Shown here piece after piece: positions 51,320-61,916 of a DNA stretch of 64,000 bases. The DNA lies in assembly GCF_963921235.1 (NCBI RefSeq), contig NC_086097.1, forward strand, positions 210,368,001 through 210,432,000, given 5' to 3'. Made by a program: the position numbers and the translations under genes. Below the pieces are notes generated by a model. The model saw nothing but the letters and a program-made list of their open reading frames with translations. It did not search any database and was not told where the DNA came from. The number at the start of each line of letters is the position of its first letter. Position 1 is the stretch's first letter. Source of the stretch: Mobula hypostoma (taxonomy: Eukaryota).

Positions 51320-53640
51320 GGCAGAGAACACCACAGTACAGAAACAGGTCTGTTGGCCCATCTAGTCTATGCTGAACCATTAATCTGCCTAATCCCATCG
51401 ACCTGCACATGAAGCATTCCCATCTCATCCATGCACCTATCTAAATTTCTCTTAAATGTTGAAATCAATCCCGCATTCACCACTTACACTGGCAGTTCAC
51501 TCCATACTCTCATCACTCTCCGCGTAAAGAACTTTGTCTTCATATTCCCCTTAAACATTTCTCGTTTCATCCCTAACCCATGATAACTAGTTGAGCCTCA
51601 CCCAATCTCAGTGGAAAAAGTTTCTTGCATTTACCCGATCTATGCCCTTAAAACTTTGCATACCTCTATCGAATCTCCCATCAATCTTCTACATTCTAAG
51701 GAATAAAGCTCTAACCAGATTAACCTTTCCCTCTAACTCAGGTCCTAAAGTCCTGGCAACATCCTAGTAAATTTTCTCTGCACTCTTATTTAAATCTTCC
51801 TGTAGGCAGCTGACCAAAATTGTGCACAATTCTCCAAATTAGGCTCCATGAACATCTTACATAATTTCAACATAACATTCCAACTCCTGTACTCAATACT
51901 TAGATTTATGAAGGCCAATGTACCAAAAGCTCTCTTTATGACCCTATCTAAATGAGACTCCGTTTTCAAGGAATTATGGATCAATATTTTCAGATCTCTC
52001 CGTTCTACCAAACTCCTCAGTGCCCCACCACTCATCATGTAAGACCTATGCCAGTTGGGCTCCCCAAGTGCAACACATCACACTTGTCTTCATTAAAACT
52101 ACAGCCGTCATTTTTCAGCCCATTTTTCCAGCCGGTCTAGACTTCATTGCAAGCTTCGAAAGTCTTCCTCACTGTCCACTACACCCCCAATCTTGGTGTC
52201 ATCAGCAAATTTGCTGATCCAGTTCACCACATTATCATCCAGATTGTTAATATAAATGAGAAAGAACAATGGACCTAGCACCAATCCCTGCAGTACACCA
52301 GTACTCAAAGGACTCCAGTCAGAGAGGCAACCTTTTTTTTAACAATGTCTCTCTATCTCTCCTTATCTAAACATCCCTCAACAAAAATAACCAAGTCACT
52401 AAGAGAATATCTTTAAAATAACAATGCTAGACCCTTGAATATTCCCAAGAAAGAAACAGGAAAAATAATATTTAGAGAAGTTATACTAAATAATTCCACG
52501 AATGAAACCAGTATTAATTTCAGTACCAGGCCCTTTAAAATTTCAGAATATTAATACATTATAACAAGTTAACAAATTAACACAATATATCTTTCATTCA
52601 TGCATGAATCACAAAAGCTTGAAGGCAAATGGGATGTTGGCCTTCATTCCCAGAGGGATTGAATTTAAGAGCAGTGAGGTTATGCTGCAACAGTACAGGA
52701 TACTGGTGAAACCCCACCTACAGTACTGCATGCAGTTCGGGTCTCCTTACTTGAGGAAGGATATACTGGCTTTGGAGGTGGTGTAAAGGAGGTTCACCAG
52801 GTTGATTCCAGAGATGAGGGGTTTAGACTGAGGAGAGATTGATTCCCCTGGGACCGTACTCACCGGAATTCAGAAGAATGAGACATCTTATAGAAACATA
52901 TAAAATTATGAAAGGGATAGACAGGATAGAGGCAGGAAAGTTGTTTCCACTGGTAGGTGAGACTAGAACTAGGGTACGTAGCCTCAAGATTCAGGGGAGA
53001 AGATTTAGAATGGAGATAGGGAGGAACTGCTTTTCCCCACAGATTGGTAAATAGAACATAGAACATAGGAATCCTTCACTATAGGAAGGATGTGGAAGCA
53101 TTGGAAAGGGTACAGAGGAGATTTACCAGGATGCTGCCTAGTTTAGAGAATATGCATTATGATCAGACATTAAGGGAGATAGGGTTTCACTCTTTGGAGA
53201 AAAGGACGATGACAGGAGACATGATAGAGGTGTACAAGATAATAAGAGGAATAGATAGAGTGGATAGCCAGCGCCTCTTCCCCAGGGCACCACTGCTCAA
53301 TACAAGAGGACATGGCTTTAAGGTAAGGGGTGGGAAGTTCAAGGGGGATATTAGAGGAAGGTTTTTTACTCAGAGAGTGGTTGGTGTGTGGAATGTACTG
53401 CCTGAGTCAGTGGTGGAGGCAGATACACTAGTGAAGTTTAAGAGACTACTAGACAGGTATATGGAGGAATTTAAGGTGGGGGTTATATGGGAGGCAGGGT
53501 TTGAGGGTCGGCACCACATTGTGGGCCGAAGGGCCTGTACTGTGCTGTACTATTCTATGTTCTATGATCTTATTGAATGGCGGAGTGGGCTCGACAGGCC
53601 AGAGGGGCTACCCCTGCTCCTATTTTTTATGTTCTTATGA
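51320..53640. mobile_element. Cluster of CR1 3' fragments (minus 51320-52330; plus about 52600-53050 and 53075-53640)
   Basis: AFGTLAFIN...QFWS, MLAFIPRGIEFKS and LERVQRRFTRMLP...FFTQRVVGVWN; TTCTATG tails. Confidence 0.85.
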
Positions 53641-54540
53641 CAATTATTTTCAATTAAGCACTCCAAGCAAATTAATCTTGGATGTGAATGAGGAAGTCTA
53701 CAGTTTTTAATAGTTTTATTTATAATATATTTGAGGTAAAGCCATATTTGAACTGTTACATATTTTTATTTCAGTAATATGAGTAATATTATAAATATAT
53801 TGATTAAACACTGTTGTTTACATAATGCATTGCAGGTTATCTGTAAAAGTATGTAAATGACATATGCTAGTATGCCATCACATGATAACTGCATGCTTCA
53901 CTAAAAGTAAAAATGAAGTACACATTTATCTTCAGGCTCCTTGTTTCACTTTCAATTAATTTATACTTTGGAGTTACAAAACATCACAGTGGCAACAAGG
54001 AGATTTTAAGTGAACCCAAGACGACTGCCTACCTGTTGAAGCACAGAGAGAGGTCAGAGTTTAAAAAAAAAGTAGTGAGATGGTCAAATTTTTAAAAAAA
54101 GTGAGCAGTGGTTGAGTTAAAAAAAAACAGCACAGCATGAGCTTCTTCAGGAATGGACAGAACTGTTGATTAAAAAAAAAAGTGGAAGAATTCATGGGTT
54201 CCTAAACATGAGTATCAGGTCATAATAATCATAAATAAAAGAAAGTGGAAATGGCTGACTACATTCGAAAAATAGATGCACTTAATTACGTAATGGATAA
54301 CTGGCTCATTTATACTGAGCTAATTGAATATTTTGAAGAAAATGAAATAGGCAATGAGAAATGAGTGCCAGTTTTGCTGAGTGCATTGGGTTTAAAGGCA
54401 TACAGTTTGCTTAGAAATTTAACTGGTCCAACCAAACCAGCCAAAGTGAGCTTTGCTGATATCATGAAAGTCATGCAGAAACATTTAGAACTGAAACCAT
54501 TATTGATTGCAAAATGCTTTGGGTTTCAAAAGCAGAATCA

Positions 54541-56421
54541 TTAGAGGTTTTTAAGAGACATTACGATAGGCACATGCATGTAGTAAGGATGGAGGTATAG
54601 GGACATAAGGCATAAAATATAGGAGCAGAATTAGACCATTTGGCCCATCGAGTCTGCCCTGCTATTTCATCATAGCGGATTCATTTTTTCCTCTCAGCTC
54701 CAATCTCCTGCCTCTCCCTGTATCCTTTCATGCCCTGAGCAATCAAAAATATATTAACCTCTGCCTTAAATATATAGTACATAAAGACTTGGCCTCCATG
54801 GCTTTCTGTGACAATGAATTCCACAGGCACACCATTCCCTGGCTAAGGAAATTCCTCCTCATTTCAGTTCTAAAAAGACACCCCGCTATTCTGAGGCAGA
54901 CTCTTCCATTGTAGGATACATCCTTCCTACATCCACTCTATCAAGGCCTTCCATAATTCGATAGGTTTCAATTAGGACACCCCGCAGTCTTCTGAATACA
55001 GGCCCAGAGTCATTAAACGCTCTTCATATGACAAGCTGTTCAATCCAGGAATAATTTTCGTGAACCTCCTTTGAACCCTACCAGTGTCAGCATTTTGTTT
55101 CTAAGTTAAGGGACACAAACTTGCTCACAATACTCCATGTGAGGCCTCACCAGTGCTTTATAAAGTTTCAACATTATATTCTTGCTTTTATATTCTAGTC
55201 CTCTTAAGATGAATGCTAACATCGCATTTGCCTTCCTCACCACAGACTCAACCTGCAAATTAACCTTTAGTGAATCTTGTATAAGGACTCCCAAGTATCT
55301 TTGTGCCTCAGGTTTCTGAATTTCTCTCCATTTAGAAAACAGTCACTCCTTTCATTTCTTTTACCAAAGTGCATGACCACACACTTCTTGACACTATATT
55401 CCATCTGGTACTTCTTTGTCCTTTCTGCTAACCCAAGGCTTCTCTACTTCCTTAAAACTACCTGGCCCTCCACCTATCTTTGTATCGTCTGCAAACTTTG
55501 CAACAAAGCCATCAATTCCATCATCCAAATCATTGACATTTAATGTAAAAAGCTGTCCCAACACAGACTCCTGTGGATCTTCACTAGTCATCAGCAGCCA
55601 ATCAAAAATGGTTCCCTTTATTCCTATTCTTTGCCTCCTGCCAATCAGCCACTGCTTCAGCTATGCTAGGATCTTCCCTGTAATACTGTAGGCTGTTAAC
55701 TTATTAAGTAGTCTCATGTGTGGTATCTTGTCAAAGGCCTTCTGAAAATCCAATTACATAACATCAACCAATTCTCCTTTGTCTATCCTGCTTATTATTT
55801 CTTCAAAGAGCTCCAACAGATCTGGCAGGCAAGATTTTCCATGAAGAAACCATGCTGACTTTGGTCTATTTTATCATGTGCCCTCAAGTACCCCGAAACC
55901 ACATCCTTAACAATCGACTCCAAGATCTTCCCAACTACTGAGGTCAGGCTAACTGGACTATAATTTCCTTTCTTCTGCCTCTCTCCCTTTTTGGAGAGTG
56001 AAATGACATTTCACATTTGCAATTTTAAGTTTTCTGGAAGCAAGTGATTCCTGAAAGATCATTAATAATAGATTATCCATAATCTCTTCAGCCAACTCTT
56101 TCAGAACACTGGGGCGTACACCATCTGGTCCAGGTGACTTATCTACCTTCAGACTTTTCAGTTTCCCAAGTACTTCTCCTGGAAGAAGTACTTGGCAACT
56201 TTGCACACTTCTGTCCCCTGATGCTTTGGAACTTCCATCATACTGCTCATGTCTTCCAAAGTGAAGACTGATAGAAGATACTTATTCAGTTTATCTGTTA
56301 TTTCCTTATCTCCCATTGTGGTGTAGGTAGCAGGGTTTAGTGTCTGGGTGTTTTTCATTTGCTTTTTAGTTGGTCTGGCACAACAGTGTGAGCCAAATGA
56401 CATGTTCCTGTGCTGTACTAT
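54541..56421. mobile_element. CR1 3' end (plus) hosting a minus-strand CR1 (about 54606-56317), inserted in gag
   Basis: GAATCA is duplicated at 54535-54540 and 56422-56427. Minus-strand peptides AKFADDTKIGG, KANAMLAFI and KVDKSPGPDG. Confidence 0.8.
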
Positions 56422-56515
56422 GAATCAAAAGGAAGGAGAGTCCATTTCAATGTATATAGCTGAATTGAAGAGATTAACTGTGCATTGCCAGTTCAATGAT
56501 GAGTTTAATGATGCA

Positions 56516-57070
56516 CTGAGAGAGCTTCTAATATGTTAATCAGGCTGTTACTTGCAAAATGTAGCTTGTTTTTAAGCTGGAAAAGAGCTCAAAGATCTTC
56601 AGGAAAGTTGCAAGTATTCAGCTTTTGTATAAAGATCCAGAATATCTCTGTGTGCATTAGGGTTATTACATGAACTTCAAGTGGGAAACAAAAAGCTGCC
56701 TGTAAAAGTAGATGCAAAGACCAAAACCAAGCTGGATGAATGGAAGGCCAAGAAGAAAGGAGTCAATGGAGATACGAAAACAGAGGATTTGTCAGATGAT
56801 ATTTTAGATGAGGAAACAAGAGGAGAGATCAGATTGTAAAGGTAGCAATAGAAAGATTAATTGAGAGAATACTTAAGTGAACTTAAATGCATCTTCCCAG
56901 GATCAAGATGTACATCCTAGAAAGAAAAAGAAAGTCAAAGGCATGAAAGAGAGAAGGAACATGAGAAAGAAAGTAAAACGAGAGAATGAGCAGGATCAGA
57001 ACCGTAATAGGGATTGTGAGAGAAGCAAGGAACAAAGTACGCCTAGAGAGAAAAACCAAGAAAAGGAGAA
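56516..57070 (+). pseudogene. RBM25: Processed, internally deleted RBM25 fragment (RRM C-terminal half, linker and part of the RE/RD-rich region)
   Basis: With frameshifts it reads ASNMLIRLLLAKCSLFLSWKRAQRSSGKLQVFSFC / KDPE / ALGLLHELQVGNKKLPVKVDAKTKTKLDEWKAKKK...LDEET / RRDQIVKVAIERLI / REYLSELNASSQDQDVHPRKKKK. This is colinear with vertebrate RBM25 as I recall it (ASDMLIRQLLAKCGLVLSWKRVQGASGKLQAFGFCEYKEPE...KVDAKTKAQLDEWKAKKK...REYSSELNAPSQESDSHPRKKKK). Confidence 0.9.
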
Positions 57071-57904
57071 GAGCTGTCAGAACCACTTCATGCGGTCTCA
57101 CAGCCAACTCCTACAACCACCTTGAGAAGGGCCTAAAACCAGAGATTGGTTTCACAGCCACAAATATCACCTGCCAGGCAGAGTGACACCCTTGTCAAGA
57201 AAGATGTTATCCCACAAGAAAGCCGTCACAATGATTAAAACTTTAGGCCTGAATGGGACAATTTAAAATTGACTATGCTGTGGATGTCTATATAGTAGTT
57301 GTATTATATACTGTATATAGGTTGAGATGCATTCTATATTGAGTTGGAGTTTATAGCCAAGAAGGGAGAAGTGTTGTGCACTTAGTATTTCAGTATTATT
57401 TGAGCAATATTGTAACCATATTGTTTGATTAGGAATTCTTTGTTGTTTACATAATGCATTGACTTAAAAAATATGATTGCATGAAATATGATTTTTGATT
57501 AGTGTATGATTTTTAATGGAAGAGGTTACCCATTTAAATTTGGAAGATTTAAGGGAAATTAGAGACGGAACATTTTAAAGAATGTAAAAGGTTTTGGAAT
57601 CTTGAAACTGGTCTACAGAAAGATTAGCAATGGTTCAGCATGGTACTATGATTTTTAAAGACAGCTGATAGCAATGTAATTTGCATGATGACATTTGCAT
57701 GATAGCAATTTAACTCAGAATGCTTATACAGTGTAATTAGAACCTTAGTTAACCAGGTACAGAGATCTATCCCATAGGTATACTGCAAATGCAGGATTTT
57801 CCCCTCTAGTCCACATGCATGAAAAGGTTTAATGCAAGAGGCTCCTTTGGCTTACCCATAATGAAATGTGGAGGTCATATCCTTCCTCATTAATATTAAA
57901 TAAA

Positions 57905-58010
57905 TAAAGTTATCCTAGAATTGAGCTAGCCAAAAGGTTAAAATTAAAATTAAAATTAAATTAATTTTAATTTAACCTTTTGACTAACTCATTATTCTTG
58001 GACAACTTTT
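57905..58010. repeat. Imperfect inverted repeat (about 105-nt hairpin) in the intron next to an SDR16C5 splice donor
   Basis: aaagttatcctagaattgagctagccaaaaggttaaaattaaaatt pairs with aattttaatttaaccttttgactaactcattattcttggacaacttt. Confidence 0.8.
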
Positions 58011-58055
58011 ACTGTAGGTCAGTCAACGTTTGTATTTCCATTAAATATTGCTTAC

Positions 58056-58187
58056 CCAAAAGTGTGCAAGTGTATTCACTGCCACGGTTTTTTCCAATAA
58101 GTCATCTGGTGAATCAAGGAATTTCCTTCCAGTAACAATGCCTGCATTGTTTATCAGAATACTAACATCCCCAACTTCCCGCTTCAC
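58056..58187 (-). CDS. SDR16C5: SDR16C5-like exon (132 bp) with the NNAG motif; the upstream TGxxxGxG exon was not found in the window
   Basis: cag|GTG...TGG|gtaag; [44 protein letters not shown]. Confidence 0.93.
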
Positions 58188-59044
58188 CTGTGGAAAATAA
58201 ATAAATATTAGCAAAAGTACTAACTTGGAGGTTTGAAGATTTCAATGTTCGCACAAAAGTCCAAGTTGTTCTTCTGTGCTTTGAAAATTAACTTGGTAGG
58301 CTTAACTCATTTGTGATTTCTGAAGTGGTTAATACATGAAATATATTTTTCAGCTAATCATTATCTACCTTATTTGAAATCAGTAAGCTAAAATATGAAA
58401 ACCAAAGCAAACTAACATTTTTTCTCCAGATCATTATGTTATGTGCAAGATACTAAACGAATCATTAGAAAAAGCAACAGATACACATTTGAAATCTGTA
58501 AAATGAGAGCATTGATTACTTAAGACCTTGAGACAAAGGAGCAGAATTAGGCCTTTCAGCCCATTGAGTCTGCTCTGCCATTCAATCATGGCTGATTTAC
58601 TTTCCCTTTCAACCCCATTCTCCTACCTTCTTTCTGTAACCTTGGACACCCTGATCCATCAAGAACTTACCAACTTTTGCTTTAAATGTATTCAATGACT
58701 TGGCCTCCACAGCCATCCGTGGCAATGAATTCCACCGATCCACCACCCTTTGGCTAAAAGAATTCCTCACCTCTGTTCTAAATGAACACCCCTCTATACT
58801 GAGGCTCTGCCCTATGGTCCTAGATTCACCAGTATAGGAAACATCCTCTTCAAACTCACTATCTAGACCTTCAAATATTTGATAGGTTTCAATGAGATCC
58901 CCCGTCATTCTTCTAAACTCCTGTGAGTACGGGCCCAAAGCCATCAAACACTCCTCATATATTAACCCTTTCATTCCTGAAATCATTCTCGTGACCATCC
59001 TCTGGACTACTTTCCAATGGCAGCAGATCTTTTGTCTGATAGTT

Positions 59045-59333
59045 CAGCAGTTTTTGTGATGCTATTACAGCTACGGAGTGTAGGAGTTTGGAGTTCAATC
59101 CCGGTGTCCTCTGTAAGGAGCCTCTCTGTACATCCTCCCTGCGGAATCCCCTGAAGCTTTTCTCAGAGTCCTCCAGTTTCCTCCCACAGTCCAAGACGTA
59201 CAAAGTAGGCTAAATGATTCTTGTAAATTGTCCCGTGATAAGATTACGGTTAAATTGGATTAGTCGACGGTAGCAGGGCCGTGACGCTCGAAGGGCCAGA
59301 AGGACCTATTCTGCATCTCTAAATAAAATAAAA
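59045..59333 (+). mobile_element. V-SINE (HE1-like)
   Basis: B-box-like ggagttcaatccc, core ctccagtttcctcccacagtccaagacgta and an A-rich tail. Confidence 0.7.
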
Positions 59334-59347
59334 ATCTCTTCTTAGAT

Positions 59348-61916
59348 TTTAGTGGGATTGTATTACAGACCACCCAATAGTCAACGAGACTTGGAAGAGC
59401 AAATCTGCAGAGAGATAGCAGGCAACTGCAGGAAACATAAAGTTGTGGTGGTAGGGGATTTTAATTTTCCATACATTGATTGGGACTCCCATACTGTTAG
59501 GGTTCTAGAGGGTTTAGAGTTTGTAAAATGTGTTCAGGAAAGTTTTCTAAATCAATATATAGAGGGACCAACTAGAGGGGATGCAATATTGGATCTCCTG
59601 TTAGGTAACGAGTTAGGACAAGTGACGGAAGTCTGTGTAGGGGAGCACTTTGGTTCCAGTGATCATAACACCATTAGTTTCAATTTGATCATGGACAAGG
59701 ATAGATCTGGTCCTAGGGTTGAGTTTCTGAACTGGAAGAAGGCCAAATTTGAAGAAATGAGAAAGGATCTAAAAAGCATGGATTGGGACAGGTTGTTCTC
59801 TGGCAAAGATGTGATTCGTAGGTGGGAAGCCTTCAAAGGGGAAATTTTGAGAGTGCAGAATTTGTATGTTCCTGTCAGGATTAAAGGCAAAGTGAATAGG
59901 AATAAGGAACCTTGGTTCTCAAGGGATATTGCAACTCTGATAAAGAAGAAGAGGGAGTTGTATGAAATGTATAGGAAACAGGGGGTAAATCAGGTGCTTG
60001 AGGAGTATAAGAAGTGCAAGAAAATACTTAAGAAAGAAATCAGGAGGGCTAAAAGAAGACATGAGGTTGCTTTGGCAGTCAAAGTGAAGGATAATCCAAA
60101 GAGCTTTTACAAGTATATTAAGAGCAAAAGGATTGTAAGGGATAAAATTGGTCCTCTTGAAGATCAGAGTGGTCGGCTTTGTGCGGAACCAAAGGAAATG
60201 GGGGAGATCTTAAATAGGTTTTTTGCGTCTGTATTTACTAAGGAAGCTGGCATGAAATCTATGGAATTGAGGGAATCAAGTAGTGAGACCATGGAAACTG
60301 TACAGATTAAAAAGGAGGAGGTGCTTTCTGTCTTGAGGAAAATTAAAGTGGATAAATCCCCAGGACCTGACAGAGTGTTCCCTCGGACCTTGAAGGAGAC
60401 TAGTGTTGAAATTGCGGGGGCCCTGGCAGAAATATTTAAAATGTCGCTGTCTACAGGTGAAGTGCCGGAGGATTGGAGAGTGGCTCAATGTTGTTCCGTT
60501 GTTTAAAAAAGGATCGAAAAGTAATCCGGGAAATTATAGGCCGGTGAGTTTAACGTCAGTAGTAGGTAAGTTATTGGAGGGAGTACTAAGAGACAGAATC
60601 TACAATTTGGATAGACAGGGGCTTACTAGGGAGAGTCGACATGGCTTTGTGCGTGGTAGGTCACGTTTGACCAATCTGTTGGAGTTTTTCGAGGAGGTTA
60701 CCAGGAAAGTGGATGAAGGGAAGGCAGTGGATATTGTCTACATGGACTTCAGTAAGGCCTTTGACAAGGTCCCGCATGGGAGGTTAGTTAGGAAAATTCA
60801 GTCGCTAGGTATACATGGAGAGGTGGTAAATTGGATTGGACATTGGCTCGATGGAAGAAGCCAGAGAGTGGTGGTAGAGAATTGCTTCTCTGAATGGAGG
60901 CCTGTGACTAGTGGTGTGCCACAGGGATCAGTGCTGGGTTCATTGTTATTTGTCATCTATATCAATGATCTGGATGATAATGTGGTAAATTGGATCAGTA
61001 AGTTTGCTGATGATACAAAGATTGGAAGTGTAGTAGACAGTGAGGAAGGTTTTCAGAGCCTGCAGAGGGACTTGGACCAGCTGGAAAAATGGGCTGAAAA
61101 ATGGCAGATGGAGTTTAATACTTACAAGTGTGAGGTATTGCATGTTGGAAGGACAAACCAACGTAGAACATACAGGGTTAATGGTAAGGCACTGAGGAGT
61201 GCAGTGGAACAGAGGGATCTGGGAATACAGATACAAAATTCCCTAAGAGTGTCGTCACAGGTAGATAGGGTCGTAAAGAGAGCTTTTGGTACATTGGCCT
61301 TTATTAATCCAAGTATTGAGTATAAGAGCTGGAATGTTATGATGAGGTTGTATAAGGCATTGGTGAGGCCGAATCTGGAGTATTGTGTTCAGTTTTGGTC
61401 ACCAAATTACAGGAAGGATATAAGTAAGGTTGAAAGAGTGCAGAGAAGGTTTACAAGGATGTTGCTGAGACTTGAGAAACTCAGTTACAGAGAAAGGTTG
61501 AATAGGTTAGGACTTTATTCCCTGAAGCGTAGAAGAATGAGGGGAGATTTGATAGAGGTATATAAAATTATGATGGGTATAGATAGAGTGAGTGCGAGCA
61601 GGCTTTTTCCACTGAGGCAAGGGGAGAAAAAAAAACAGAGGACATGGGTTAAGGGTGAGGGGGAAAAAGTTTAAAGGGAACATTAGTGGGGGCTTCTTCA
61701 CACAGAGAGTGGTGGGAGTATGGAATGAGCTGCCAGACGAGGTGGTAAATGCGGGTTCTTTTGTAACATTTAAGAATAAATTGGACAGATACATGGATGG
61801 GAGGTGTATGGAGAGATATGGTCCGTGTGCAGGTCTGTGGGACTAGGCAGAAAATGGTTCGGCACAGCTAAGAAGGGCCAAAAGGCCTGTTTCTGTGCTG
61901 TAGTTTCTATGGTTTC
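59348..61916 (+). mobile_element. Young 5'-truncated CR1 LINE ORF2 (partial endonuclease and RT)
   Basis: YYRPP, VGDFN, SDHN, KSPGPD, NYRPVSLTS, DFSKAFD, GVPQGSVLG and FADDTK in two long ORFs (384 and 423 aa), with frameshifts near 60485 and 61630; TTTCTA tail. Confidence 0.93.

Larger units (their letters stand above)
53754..57461 (+). mobile_element. Non-autonomous Gypsy-like LTR retrotransposon carrying an RBM25 fragment
   Basis: 5' LTR TGT...ACA at 53754-53988 and PBS-like gtggcaacaagg at 53989. Gag from ATG 54251 (VLLSALGLKAYSLLRNL..P.KP; NQKEGESISMYIAELKRL..HCQF...NDALR). Polypurine tract aagaagggagaag, then a truncated 3' LTR at 57372-57461 sharing ttgtttacataatgcattg with the 5' LTR. 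Confidence 0.82.

Noticed and set aside
56877..57125. Lys/Arg/Glu-rich 82-aa ORF as a stand-alone gene
   Set aside because: It is the tail of the frameshifted RBM25 fragment running into retroelement sequence.
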